A stretch of DNA of 64,000 nt from Nitrospiraceae bacterium (GTDB lineage: Bacteria > Nitrospirota > Nitrospiria > Nitrospirales > Nitrospiraceae), in contig JBFWWG010000001.1 of the NCBI GenBank assembly GCA_050246315.1, positions 128,001 to 192,000 of the forward strand, given 5' to 3'. The position numbers and the translations under genes were made by a program. Under the pieces are notes generated by a model. That model was not told the DNA's origin and ran no database searches. It saw only the letters and a program-made list of their open reading frames with translations. Position 1 is the stretch's first letter. Each line of letters opens with the position of its first letter. Of the stretch, positions 28,153 to 37,094 are shown in pieces.

Positions 28153-30170
28153 CACTGTTCGTTCTGCTTCTGGCCGGGTATGCAGCCGGCATCTTCCTTC
28201 CCTTCTGTTTCCCCGCCAATTTCAGAGTCCAGAATGCCGTCGCCCATGGATCAGCCGGGTTGGCAGGAGGAGCGGGCATTCTGCTTGGTATGGTCGGCCT
28301 CCTGGCACCGGAACCCTGGATCGCTTCGGCCGACTCCACCATCCCTTTGTTGACCTTCTCGATCCGGCTTGATCCTCTCGCCTCCTTCTTCCTGCTGACG
28401 ATTTCGGCGGTCGGCCTTTCTTCGTCCGTCTACGCGCGGGGCTACGTGACCGAATGGGAGGGGCGCACCTCCGTCGCGCTCCTCGGCGCCCTCTTCAATG
28501 GGTTTCTCCTCTCCATGATCCTCGTGATCATCGCCGACAACGGGTTCTTCTTCCTGCTCGTCTGGGAACTCATGTCGTTGCTGTCCTATTTCCTCGTCGT
28601 GACCGAACATGAGCGGGCCGAGGTCCGGCATGCCGGCTTCTTTTATCTCATCATGACGCAGGTGGGCACCGCCTTCATCCTCCTGACCTTTCTACTCTTC
28701 TTTCAGCAGACCGGCTCTTTCTCCTTCGAGACCTTTCGTCATCCGGCGGAGCCGCTGTCCTCGGAGCTCAGCACGAGTCTGTTTCTCGCCACCCTGATCG
28801 GATTCGGGGCCAAGGCCGGCATCGTGCCGTTACATGTCTGGCTGCCCTATGCCCATCCGGCAGCACCGTCTCACATCTCGGCCCTGATGTCGGGTGTAAT
28901 GATCAAGACGGCGATGTACGGCCTCATTCGGGTCTATTTCGATTTTCTGAACGCCCAGTTCCTCTGGTGGTGGGGCTTCATCATCCTGGTCGTCGGCGCC
29001 ATCTCGGCCCTGCTGGGTGTGATGTATGCACTCATGGAGCACGATCTGAAAAGACTGTTGGCGTTTCATAGCGTGGAAAACATCGGCATCATCCTGCTCG
29101 GGATCGGCGCGGGCATGATCTTCCGCACCTACGGACTCCATGAGTTTGCGGCCTTGGGCCTCGTGGCCGGGCTTTACCACACGATCAATCACGCGCTGTT
29201 CAAGGCTCTGCTCTTTCTCGGCGCCGGGTCGTTGGGTTACGCCACCCACACCCGCAACATGGAGGACTATGGCGGGCTGCTCCGCCGCATGCCTTGGACC
29301 GGCCTCTTCTTTCTCATCGGCGCCGTCTCGATCGCGGCCCTGCCGCCGACCAATGGCTTTGTCAGCGAATGGCTGATCTTCCAAAGCCTCTTTCTCAGCA
29401 TGCAGGTGCCGAATCTCTTGCTCAAGCTGATGCTGCCGCTGGCCGCGGCCATGCTGGCTCTGACGGGGGTGTTGGCTTTGGCCTGCTTCGCCAAAGCGTT
29501 CGGCATTTCGTTCCTGGCCTTGCCGCGTAGTGGCCACGCGCGGCATGCGGAGGAGGTGCCTCGATCCATGCTGATCGGCATGGGTTTGCTCGCAGCCGCC
29601 TGCGTGGGGCTGGGTCTGTTCCCGATGCTGGTCGTGCCGATCCTGGATCGCGTCACGGCTTCGTTGGTCGGAGTATCACTCGGTGAAAAGGTCCTGGCAC
29701 TCGACGGCTGGGCGCTCGCGCCGGTGAACGTGGCGTTCTCCAGTCTGTCGCCGCCGGCGCTGGCCATGGTCTTGGGCTTGTCCGTCCTGCTCGGACTTGG
29801 ACTGGTTGCGCTATTCGGCGGCCGTCGCGCCGCTCGATACGGCAAAACATGGAACTGCGGCCTCACCCTCTCACCCCGCATGGAATACACCGCGACAGGC
29901 TTCGTGCAGCCGATCAAGCGGATCTTCAGCACCATCTATCAACCGACCGTCAAGCTGGAGACCGAATTCCTGGAGGAATCCCGCTATTTCGCCAAACGCC
30001 GGCGGTTCGAATTTCATATCGAACCGGTATTTGAGAAGTATCTCTATCAACCGGTCGCGGCAGGCTGTCTCAAACTCGCGGATCGGCTGCGCCCGCTTCA
30101 GGCCGGCGGGTTGCATCTGTATCTGACTTACATCTTCGTGACATTGGTGGTCCTGTTGCTGGTCTTGTAG
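28146..30170 (+). CDS. hyfB: Hydrogenase-4/Ehr membrane subunit B (NuoL-like)
   Basis: WELMSL, GAKAGIVPLHVWLPYAHPAAPSHISALMSG, LAFHSVENIG, WNCG...RMEYTATGF. Confidence 0.92.
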   Translation: MLTLFVLLLAGYAAGIFLPFCFPANFRVQNAVAHGSAGLAGGAGILLGMVGLLAPEPWIASADSTIPLLTFSIRLDPLASFFLLTISAVGLSSSVYARGYVTEWEGRTSVALLGALFNGFLLSMILVIIADNGFFFLLVWELMSLLSYFLVVTEHERAEVRHAGFFYLIMTQVGTAFILLTFLLFFQQTGSFSFETFRHPAEPLSSELSTSLFLATLIGFGAKAGIVPLHVWLPYAHPAAPSHISALMSGVMIKTAMYGLIRVYFDFLNAQFLWWWGFIILVVGAISALLGVMYALMEHDLKRLLAFHSVENIGIILLGIGAGMIFRTYGLHEFAALGLVAGLYHTINHALFKALLFLGAGSLGYATHTRNMEDYGGLLRRMPWTGLFFLIGAVSIAALPPTNGFVSEWLIFQSLFLSMQVPNLLLKLMLPLAAAMLALTGVLALACFAKAFGISFLALPRSGHARHAEEVPRSMLIGMGLLAAACVGLGLFPMLVVPILDRVTASLVGVSLGEKVLALDGWALAPVNVAFSSLSPPALAMVLGLSVLLGLGLVALFGGRRAARYGKTWNCGLTLSPRMEYTATGFVQPIKRIFSTIYQPTVKLETEFLEESRYFAKRRRFEFHIEPVFEKYLYQPVAAGCLKLADRLRPLQAGGLHLYLTYIFVTLVVLLLVL

Positions 30171-30186
30171 CAATGTCCTTCCGACC

Positions 30187-31149
30187 ATGAGCCTGATCTT
30201 TCTTCAAGCCGTCTTCTTCACCCTGGCGCATGCAGCCCTGATGCTGTCGATCGCGCCGTTGATCGTGGGCCTGATTCGCAAAGTGAAAGCGCGCCTCCAA
30301 TGTCGGCGAGGGGCGTCGATCGTCCAGCCCTATGCAGACCTGGCCAAGCTCTTCCGGAAACAGCCGGTCGTTTCCTCGACGACCTCGTGGATCTTCACCA
30401 CAGCTCCTTATATCTTCTTTGCCTCGACCTTGACCGCTGGCTTGCTGGTGCCGGTCTTCTTTTCCCAGATGCCGCTCAATTTTGCCGGCAACATCATCGC
30501 GCTCGTGTATCTGCTGGCGCTTGGCACGTTTTCCTTGATCTTGGCGGGACTCGACGCCGGGTCGGCATTCGGTGGGATGGGAAGCAGCCGAGAGGCCATC
30601 GTGGCCTCCCTGACCGAGCCGGCTCTGATACTGTCGATCTTTGCCATCGCGCTCACGGCTGGCTCGACCAACCTCAGCACCATCGTCCATAAGACCGCCT
30701 TATTGGAAGGGATTGTCATGGCCCCGTCGCCACACCTGATGGCGCTGGCCGCCTTGTTCATCGTGGCGCTGGCAGAAACCGGGCGTGTCCCGGTCGACAA
30801 TCCGGCCACGCACCTCGAACTGACCATGATCCACGAGGCGATGGTCCTGGAATATTCCGGACGCTACCTGGCGCTGATCGAGTGGGGAGCCGGCCTCAAA
30901 CTGGTCGTGTTCCTGACCCTGATCGCTAATGTGTTCGCTCCCTGGGGCATTGCGACCGTCCCGACGCCGGCTGCCCTTGCAGTCGGACTGGCCGTGTACC
31001 TCGTGAAGATCACGGGTCTCGCGGTACTGATCGGCGTGATCGAATGCATGTTCGCCAAGTTGCGGTTGTTTCGTGTCACGGATCTGCTCGGCGTCGCCTT
31101 CATCCTGGCGCTTCTCAGCCTGCTCTTCTTCTACATCCTGCGAGCCTGA
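30187..31149 (+). CDS. hyfC: Hydrogenase-4/Ehr subunit C (NuoH-like)
   Basis: RKVKARLQCRRG, FGGMGSSRE, ETGRVPVDNPATHLELTMIHEAMVLEYSG. Confidence 0.92.
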   Translation: MSLIFLQAVFFTLAHAALMLSIAPLIVGLIRKVKARLQCRRGASIVQPYADLAKLFRKQPVVSSTTSWIFTTAPYIFFASTLTAGLLVPVFFSQMPLNFAGNIIALVYLLALGTFSLILAGLDAGSAFGGMGSSREAIVASLTEPALILSIFAIALTAGSTNLSTIVHKTALLEGIVMAPSPHLMALAALFIVALAETGRVPVDNPATHLELTMIHEAMVLEYSGRYLALIEWGAGLKLVVFLTLIANVFAPWGIATVPTPAALAVGLAVYLVKITGLAVLIGVIECMFAKLRLFRVTDLLGVAFILALLSLLFFYILRA

Positions 31150-31151
31150 CC

Positions 31152-31820
31152 ATGTTCACCCTATCGCCTCACATCGGTTCTCACCTCGTGGACCTGGGAT
31201 CGGCGCTGCTTCTCCTGACCTGTTTCGCGATCGTGGCCCAGCGGCGCCTCTCCGCCTGCGTGGATCTCTTCGCATTGCAATCTCTCTTTCTTGCGATGAC
31301 CGCGGCGTTGGTCGCCTTCCTGACAGGCATCCGGCATATCTATTTTGCGGCAGCCCTGACGGTGCTCATCAAGGTGATCGTCATCCCCTCCGTCCTGAAA
31401 CGGGTGATCGAACGCCTCAACGTGACCCGTGAACTGGTCATGAACATCAACGTGCCGGCCAGCCTGCTGATCTCCGGCTCCCTGGTGATGGTCGCGTTCT
31501 TCATCACCCAGCCGATCATCCCGTTCGGGTACCTGTTGACGCGCGATTCGCTGGCCATCGCGCTGGCGATCGTCCTCATCGGTTTCTTCACGATGATCGC
31601 CCGGCAGAAGGCTGTCACGCAGTTGATCGCCTTCTTGGTGATGGAGAATGGACTGTTTCTGGGAGCGACGGCCGCCACCTATGGCATGCCATTGATCGTA
31701 GAGCTGGGTGTGTTTTTTGACGTCTTGGTGGCGGCACTGATCGCCGGAATCTATACCAACCGCCTGCAAGACGCGTTCGACAGCGTGGATACCAACCATC
31801 TCAGCGAGCTGAAAGAATGA
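31152..31820 (+). CDS. hyfE: Hydrogenase-4/Ehr subunit E
   Basis: FLVMENG, YGMPLIVELGVFFDV. Confidence 0.9.
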   Translation: MFTLSPHIGSHLVDLGSALLLLTCFAIVAQRRLSACVDLFALQSLFLAMTAALVAFLTGIRHIYFAAALTVLIKVIVIPSVLKRVIERLNVTRELVMNINVPASLLISGSLVMVAFFITQPIIPFGYLLTRDSLAIALAIVLIGFFTMIARQKAVTQLIAFLVMENGLFLGATAATYGMPLIVELGVFFDVLVAALIAGIYTNRLQDAFDSVDTNHLSELKE

Positions 31821-33343
31821 CGGCCGACCTTCCCGCGGTCGCAGTGAGCGTGCTCCTGGTCGCGCCGTTGTTGGCCGGCTGGCTCAGCCTGTTGCTTCGC
31901 ACCTCCCGGACGCTTCATCTGGTCAATTTGACCAGCATGGGATCTCTCGTCGCAGCCGAGTCGGCGATCGCCCGGACCGTGCTGGGACAAGGCCCGCTCC
32001 TGGCGTTTGGCGAGATGGTTTACATCGATGCACTTTCCATGGTCATCCTGTTCATTATCGGCACGGTCGGTCTGGCCTGTTCCTTCTACATGCGCGCTTA
32101 CATGGACGACCAGGTCGCACGTGGCGTGATCGCCGCCAGCCGGTTGAACCTCTTCTTCTTCCTGTTTCACATGTTCCTCCTGGCGATGGTGGTGGCCACC
32201 GTCGCCAACAGCCTGGGGGTGCAATGGGTCGCGATCGAGGCCACGACCCTGGCGACGACCTTCCTCATCGCATTCTGGCGAAGACGCGAATCCTTGGAGG
32301 CCGGATGGAAGTATTTGATCCTGTGCTCGGTCGGCATTTCGCTGGCCCTGTTCGGGGTGGTCCTGACCTATTACTCGTCGCTTCGGGTCCTTGGCGACGT
32401 GAGCCGAGCCTTGCAAGTGACTCAACTCCAACTGATCGCCGATCAATTGGACCCACATATTTTGAAGCTGGCCTTTGTCTTTCTTTTCGTGGGCTACGGC
32501 ACGAAAGTCGGTCTGGCTCCCATGCACAGTTGGCTCCCCGACGCCTATAGCGAGGCGCCGGCGCCCGTGGCCGCGATGCTGGCCGGCGTGCTGGAAACCG
32601 TCGCGGTTTACGCGATCCTGCGAAGCCGCGCCATCGTCGACCAGGCTGTCTCTCCCGACTTCTCGGGCGGCCTGCTCACCCTGTTCGGGCTTGGATCGTT
32701 CGCGCTCGCGACTTTTTTCATCCTCTTGCAGCACAACTACAAGCGGCTGTTCGCCTATTCCAGCATCGAGCATATGGGACTGGCCATGGTGGGATTCGGC
32801 GTCGGCGGGGCCGTCGGGACATTCGGCGGTCTCTTCCATCTTGTAAACCACGCGTTCGCGAAGTCGTTGGCCTTTTTCGCCGCGGGCAACATCCATCGAC
32901 GGTTCAAGACGGTGGAGATGGAGCAGGTCCAAGGCCTGGCTTCGGCGCAGCCCTGGTCTGCCTTCGCCCTGCTGGTGGCTGGGTTCTCCTTAGCCGCCCT
33001 CCCGCCCTTCGCCCTGTTCACGAGTGAGCTGCAGATCATGACGGCCCTCGGGACGGACGGCCTTCCGGGAGGATGGCCCTTCTCCGGGACCAAACTCCCG
33101 CTGTTGCTGTTGTTGGCTTGCGGCTTGGTCGCCTTCGGCGGGCTTCTCTTTCGCGTCACCGGAATGGTCTGGGGGACGCCGGCCAAGGAGATCGCCCGGG
33201 GGGAGGGGTGGTCGGTGGGTCATATCCCCATCATCGTCTTGGGCGCGGTCCTTATCTGGTTCTGCATGACGCTGCCGGATCCGTTTCGGCATCTCCTGGA
33301 CGGAGCGGTGAAGATTCTGCTGAGCACGAGAGGAGCAGCATGA
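31817..33343 (+). CDS. hyfF: Hydrogenase-4/Ehr subunit F (NuoM/N-like)
   Basis: WVAIEATTL, LEAGWKY, GYGTKVGLAPMHSWLPDA, AYSSIEHMG. Confidence 0.92.
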   Translation: MTADLPAVAVSVLLVAPLLAGWLSLLLRTSRTLHLVNLTSMGSLVAAESAIARTVLGQGPLLAFGEMVYIDALSMVILFIIGTVGLACSFYMRAYMDDQVARGVIAASRLNLFFFLFHMFLLAMVVATVANSLGVQWVAIEATTLATTFLIAFWRRRESLEAGWKYLILCSVGISLALFGVVLTYYSSLRVLGDVSRALQVTQLQLIADQLDPHILKLAFVFLFVGYGTKVGLAPMHSWLPDAYSEAPAPVAAMLAGVLETVAVYAILRSRAIVDQAVSPDFSGGLLTLFGLGSFALATFFILLQHNYKRLFAYSSIEHMGLAMVGFGVGGAVGTFGGLFHLVNHAFAKSLAFFAAGNIHRRFKTVEMEQVQGLASAQPWSAFALLVAGFSLAALPPFALFTSELQIMTALGTDGLPGGWPFSGTKLPLLLLLACGLVAFGGLLFRVTGMVWGTPAKEIARGEGWSVGHIPIIVLGAVLIWFCMTLPDPFRHLLDGAVKILLSTRGAA

Positions 33344-34935
33344 CGGCTGTCGCATCGGTCGAACAACAGGTCCAGGCGGCGTTTCCATTCCTCGTTCCGG
33401 ACCATCCATCGGGCAAGGACCTGGTGCGATGGCGCCTGGAGCAGGCTCAACTCGTAGAGGTCGCGCGCTGGCTTCATGAGAAAGCCCACGGCCGTTTGGC
33501 CTTACAGTTCGCTGTCGATTGCCGGCCTATCCGATCCGCGGCAGACAAGTATGAGATTCACTATCTGTTTGCGCTCGAGCCGAGCCAACCCTGGGTCCTG
33601 TTGACGATCGAATTGGCGAGGGGACACCGGCTGTTTCCCTCGATCACCCCGTCGATCCATGCGGCGCAATGGTATGAGCGGGAGATCCGAGACCTGTTCG
33701 GCCTGATCCCCCAAGGTCATCCGGATCTCCGGCGATTAATCCGACACGAACATTGGCCGAACGGCACCCATCCGCTCAAGAAAGACTTCCGCTGGGATAC
33801 GGTTCTCGGTCGGCAACAGGGCGAATACCGTTTTCTCCATATTGAAGGGGAGGGGGTCTTTGAAATTCCGGTTGGACCGATTCACGCCGGGATCATCGAG
33901 CCGGGCCATTTCCGGTTTTCCGTGGCAGGGGAACCGATCATGCAACTGGAGCTACGTCATTTTTGGAAGCACCGCGGGGTGGAAAAGCTCTTTGAGCAAC
34001 AGGTCTTGTCCGCCGCCGTTCCGCTCGCCGAGCGCATCTCCGGCGATACGACGGTTGGACATGGTCTGGCCTACTGCCAAGCGGTGGAAACGCTCCTGCA
34101 CATCGACGTACCACGACGCGCCAGGTACCTCCGCTCGCTCTTTTTAGAATTGGAACGCCTTCACAATCATCTCGGCGACATCGGCGCGATGTGCAATGAC
34201 ACGGCCTATGCGCTCGCCCATGCCCACTGTGGTCGTATGAAAGAGCGGATCATGCAGCTCAATGACCGGCTGGCCGGTTCACGGTTTCTTCGAGGCGTCA
34301 TGCGGGTCGGCGGAGTGACTCGCGATATCGACAGCACCCAGCTCGGCCATCTTGTCGATGACCTGAACCGGCTGCAGACAGACTTCTCCGAAGTGGGCGC
34401 CATTATTTTCGCCAATGCCTCGCTCACGGACCGATTGGAAACCACCGGCGTGCTGACAGAACGGACGGCCTGGGATCACGCGGTGGTGGGTATCGTCGGC
34501 CGGGCTTCTGGAATCGACCAGGATGTCCGGAGGGATCGCCCCTTTGCCGCTTACGACGAGCTACCCGTGAACGTGGCACGTTATCGCTACGGTGACGTGC
34601 GGGCCAGATTGCGTGTCCGTGGTGATGAGATTCACGATTCCATCAGGCTGATCCGCGAGATTCATGCGCGAATCCCACCTGGTCCGATCGCGATTGAACC
34701 GGACCGCATGGCGTCTCCGGGACAATGGGCACTCTCCGCAGTGGAGGGTTGGCGGGGAGAAATCCTCTACTTCGTCATGGCCGGCGAGCAGGGCCGGATC
34801 CACCGGTGCAAGGTGCGGGACCCGTCCTTCGTCAACTGGCCGGCGATCCAATGGGCGGTGCTGGGGAACATTATCCCGGATTTTCCCCTGATCAATAAGA
34901 GCTTCAATCTGTCCTACGCAGGCACGGATCTATGA
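33340..34935 (+). CDS. hyfG: HyfG/NuoCD-like large subunit without NiFe-binding cysteines (Ehr large subunit)
   Basis: WYEREIRDLFG, GPIHAGIIEPGHFRF, ERISGDT, VRDPSFVNW, DFPLINKSFNLSYAGTDL. Confidence 0.92.
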   Translation: MTAVASVEQQVQAAFPFLVPDHPSGKDLVRWRLEQAQLVEVARWLHEKAHGRLALQFAVDCRPIRSAADKYEIHYLFALEPSQPWVLLTIELARGHRLFPSITPSIHAAQWYEREIRDLFGLIPQGHPDLRRLIRHEHWPNGTHPLKKDFRWDTVLGRQQGEYRFLHIEGEGVFEIPVGPIHAGIIEPGHFRFSVAGEPIMQLELRHFWKHRGVEKLFEQQVLSAAVPLAERISGDTTVGHGLAYCQAVETLLHIDVPRRARYLRSLFLELERLHNHLGDIGAMCNDTAYALAHAHCGRMKERIMQLNDRLAGSRFLRGVMRVGGVTRDIDSTQLGHLVDDLNRLQTDFSEVGAIIFANASLTDRLETTGVLTERTAWDHAVVGIVGRASGIDQDVRRDRPFAAYDELPVNVARYRYGDVRARLRVRGDEIHDSIRLIREIHARIPPGPIAIEPDRMASPGQWALSAVEGWRGEILYFVMAGEQGRIHRCKVRDPSFVNWPAIQWAVLGNIIPDFPLINKSFNLSYAGTDL

Positions 34936-35034
34936 GAACATGAGCGGACAATCCCTGGAGGCGTATTGTCCGGCCGCCAAGAGCCATTTTGAGAGTAGGC
35001 CGGTTCACCCGAAGGTTGGTATGGAGGACGTTGT

Positions 35035-35547
35035 ATGTTCCGCATTCTCAAGAAGAGTCTCAAAACCGGCATCGTGACCGGCGAGCATCCTCCCGCCTGC
35101 ACCTCTTCTGAACCGCCGAGCCAGGAGGCGAAGGCTAAAGCAACCCCGTTTTGCCGGTCGCTCTCGATTCGCGAGGTCGATACCGGCTCCTGCAATGCCT
35201 GCGAGATGGAGATGAACGCGCTCATGAATCCGGTCTACGATGCAGAGCGATTCGGCATCCATATCGCGGCCTCGCCTCGCCATGCCGACGCCCTGGTCAT
35301 CACAGGGCCGGTAACCGTGAACATGGCGAAACCGCTCAAGGATGTGTACAAACAAACCCCCGATCCTAAGGTCGTGATCGCGCTGGGCGACTGCGCCATC
35401 ACCTGCGGCGTCTTTGCCGGCAGCTATGCTGTCATCGGCCCTGTCGATCGCCATATCCCCGTCGATGTCCGCATCGCCGGCTGTCCGCCAAAGCCGACTG
35501 ACATTCTTGAAGCTCTGGCGCAGCTAAGGACACCTCAGAGGGGTTGA
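35035..35547 (+). CDS. hyfI: HyfI/NuoB-like small Fe-S subunit
   Basis: GSCNACE, ASPRHAD, LGDCA, GCPP. Confidence 0.92.
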   Translation: MFRILKKSLKTGIVTGEHPPACTSSEPPSQEAKAKATPFCRSLSIREVDTGSCNACEMEMNALMNPVYDAERFGIHIAASPRHADALVITGPVTVNMAKPLKDVYKQTPDPKVVIALGDCAITCGVFAGSYAVIGPVDRHIPVDVRIAGCPPKPTDILEALAQLRTPQRG

Positions 35548-35692
35548 GAGTGAGATGGCTGAGAGAAGCGCACACCTCCGATGAAAAGCGAACGATCCCG
35601 TCTCTTATTTCCGCCTTTCTCCGAACGGCAAGAGCCGGCACATCGACCCACTCGAAGCAGAAGGAAGAGTAGGAGAACCGAACGTGCACGAC

Positions 35693-37090
35693 CTAGTTTT
35701 TGCGCCGACGATCCAGCATCCAGCGGGTAATCCCGAGATGCTTGGCGGCGAGCGTCTTGTTGCCCTCCGTCCGCCGCAGGATCTCCGTGATAATGCGATC
35801 CTCCAGATCGGCGAGGGAGGCTTCGCCCACTCGAAACGTGATGTGGATCTGCGCAGGATCAACCGAGTCGGCGGCGGCGCCTGTGGTGTCTGGAGATCGG
35901 ACGGCGGGCATCACATGGCTGTCCTGTAGGTCCGAAGGGAAGTGTGAAGCTTCGAGCGATGTTCCGGAACAAAACAGCACGGCGCGTTCCATCAGGTTGC
36001 TCAACTCCCGGACGTTCCCCGGAAACGGATAGCGGCATAAGAGGGCGGTCGCGCTCGCTTCCATGGTACGAACCGGCTTCCCGAGCGCGAGCGCGGAGCG
36101 GGCCAGGAACTGCTCGGCAAGCGGGAGAATGTCTTCACGACGTTCGCGCAACGGGGGCACGGTCAACGCGACCACATTCAGTCTGAAATAGAGATCCTCG
36201 CGAAACTCCCCTTTGCTCACCGCCTCCTTGAGGTTCCGATTCGTCGCGGCCATGAACCGGGCTCCGACGGGAATGGCCGTCGAGCCTCCGACACGACGCA
36301 GCGTGCGGTCTTCGAGCACTCGCAACAGCTTGGCCTGGAGCGAGAGGGGCAGCTCAGCGATTTCGTCGAACAGCACGGTGCCGTCCTCGGCCAACTCAAT
36401 CAACCCGCAGCGTCGACCGGTGGCCCCGGTGAAGGCTCCCTTCTCGTGCCCGAACAACTCGCTCTCGAACAGATCGTGAGGGATCGAAGGGCAATCGACC
36501 TCAATGCAGGGTTTGTGGGCTCTCGCGCTGTTGAAGTGGATCACGCGGCCCACATACTGCTTTCCCGCCCCGGTTTCGCCCTGCAAAAGGACCGTCACCC
36601 GATCGTTGTGGGCGAGTTCACGGACACGATCGAGAAAGTTCAGGGTGACGGCACTCTTGGCAATCACACGGTCGAGCGCATAGCGCGCCGACTCTTGCCC
36701 GCTCTGCAACCGGACTTGGCGTTGCAGGGTCAGCAATTCCGTCGCCCGACTCAGCGCATGCTGCAAGTCCTCCATATCGATGGACTTGGCGACGAAGTCA
36801 AATGCCCCGAGCTTCGTCGCCTCCACCGCGTCCTTGACCGTTCCCTTGGCCGTCAGCAGAATCACCAGCAGTTGAGGCGAGGTCTGTTTGACACGGGCCA
36901 GGACGTCAAGGCCGGAGAGGTTGGGCATAACCACATCGAGCACGAGGATGTCCGGTTCGAACGACCGGAGCAACGTGAGGGCCTCTTCGCCGGACGCGGC
37001 GGTTTTCACGAGATACCCCTGGTCGCCGAGACGCAGCGCGAAGGCCTCACGCACCGACTCTTCATCCTCGACGAGCAACAGTTGCCACAT
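35693..37090 (-). CDS. Sigma-54-dependent response regulator
   Basis: Receiver domain, GETGAGK, GAFTGA, FREDLYFRLNV, FPGNVREL, HTH. Confidence 0.93.
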   Translation of the reverse strand: MWQLLLVEDEESVREAFALRLGDQGYLVKTAASGEEALTLLRSFEPDILVLDVVMPNLSGLDVLARVKQTSPQLLVILLTAKGTVKDAVEATKLGAFDFVAKSIDMEDLQHALSRATELLTLQRQVRLQSGQESARYALDRVIAKSAVTLNFLDRVRELAHNDRVTVLLQGETGAGKQYVGRVIHFNSARAHKPCIEVDCPSIPHDLFESELFGHEKGAFTGATGRRCGLIELAEDGTVLFDEIAELPLSLQAKLLRVLEDRTLRRVGGSTAIPVGARFMAATNRNLKEAVSKGEFREDLYFRLNVVALTVPPLRERREDILPLAEQFLARSALALGKPVRTMEASATALLCRYPFPGNVRELSNLMERAVLFCSGTSLEASHFPSDLQDSHVMPAVRSPDTTGAAADSVDPAQIHITFRVGEASLADLEDRIITEILRRTEGNKTLAAKHLGITRWMLDRRRKN

Positions 37091-37094
37091 CCGG

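Noticed and set aside
33340..34935. Functional NiFe hydrogenase or formate hydrogenlyase
   Set aside because: Both CxxC metal-binding motifs are absent; no fdh or hyp genes here
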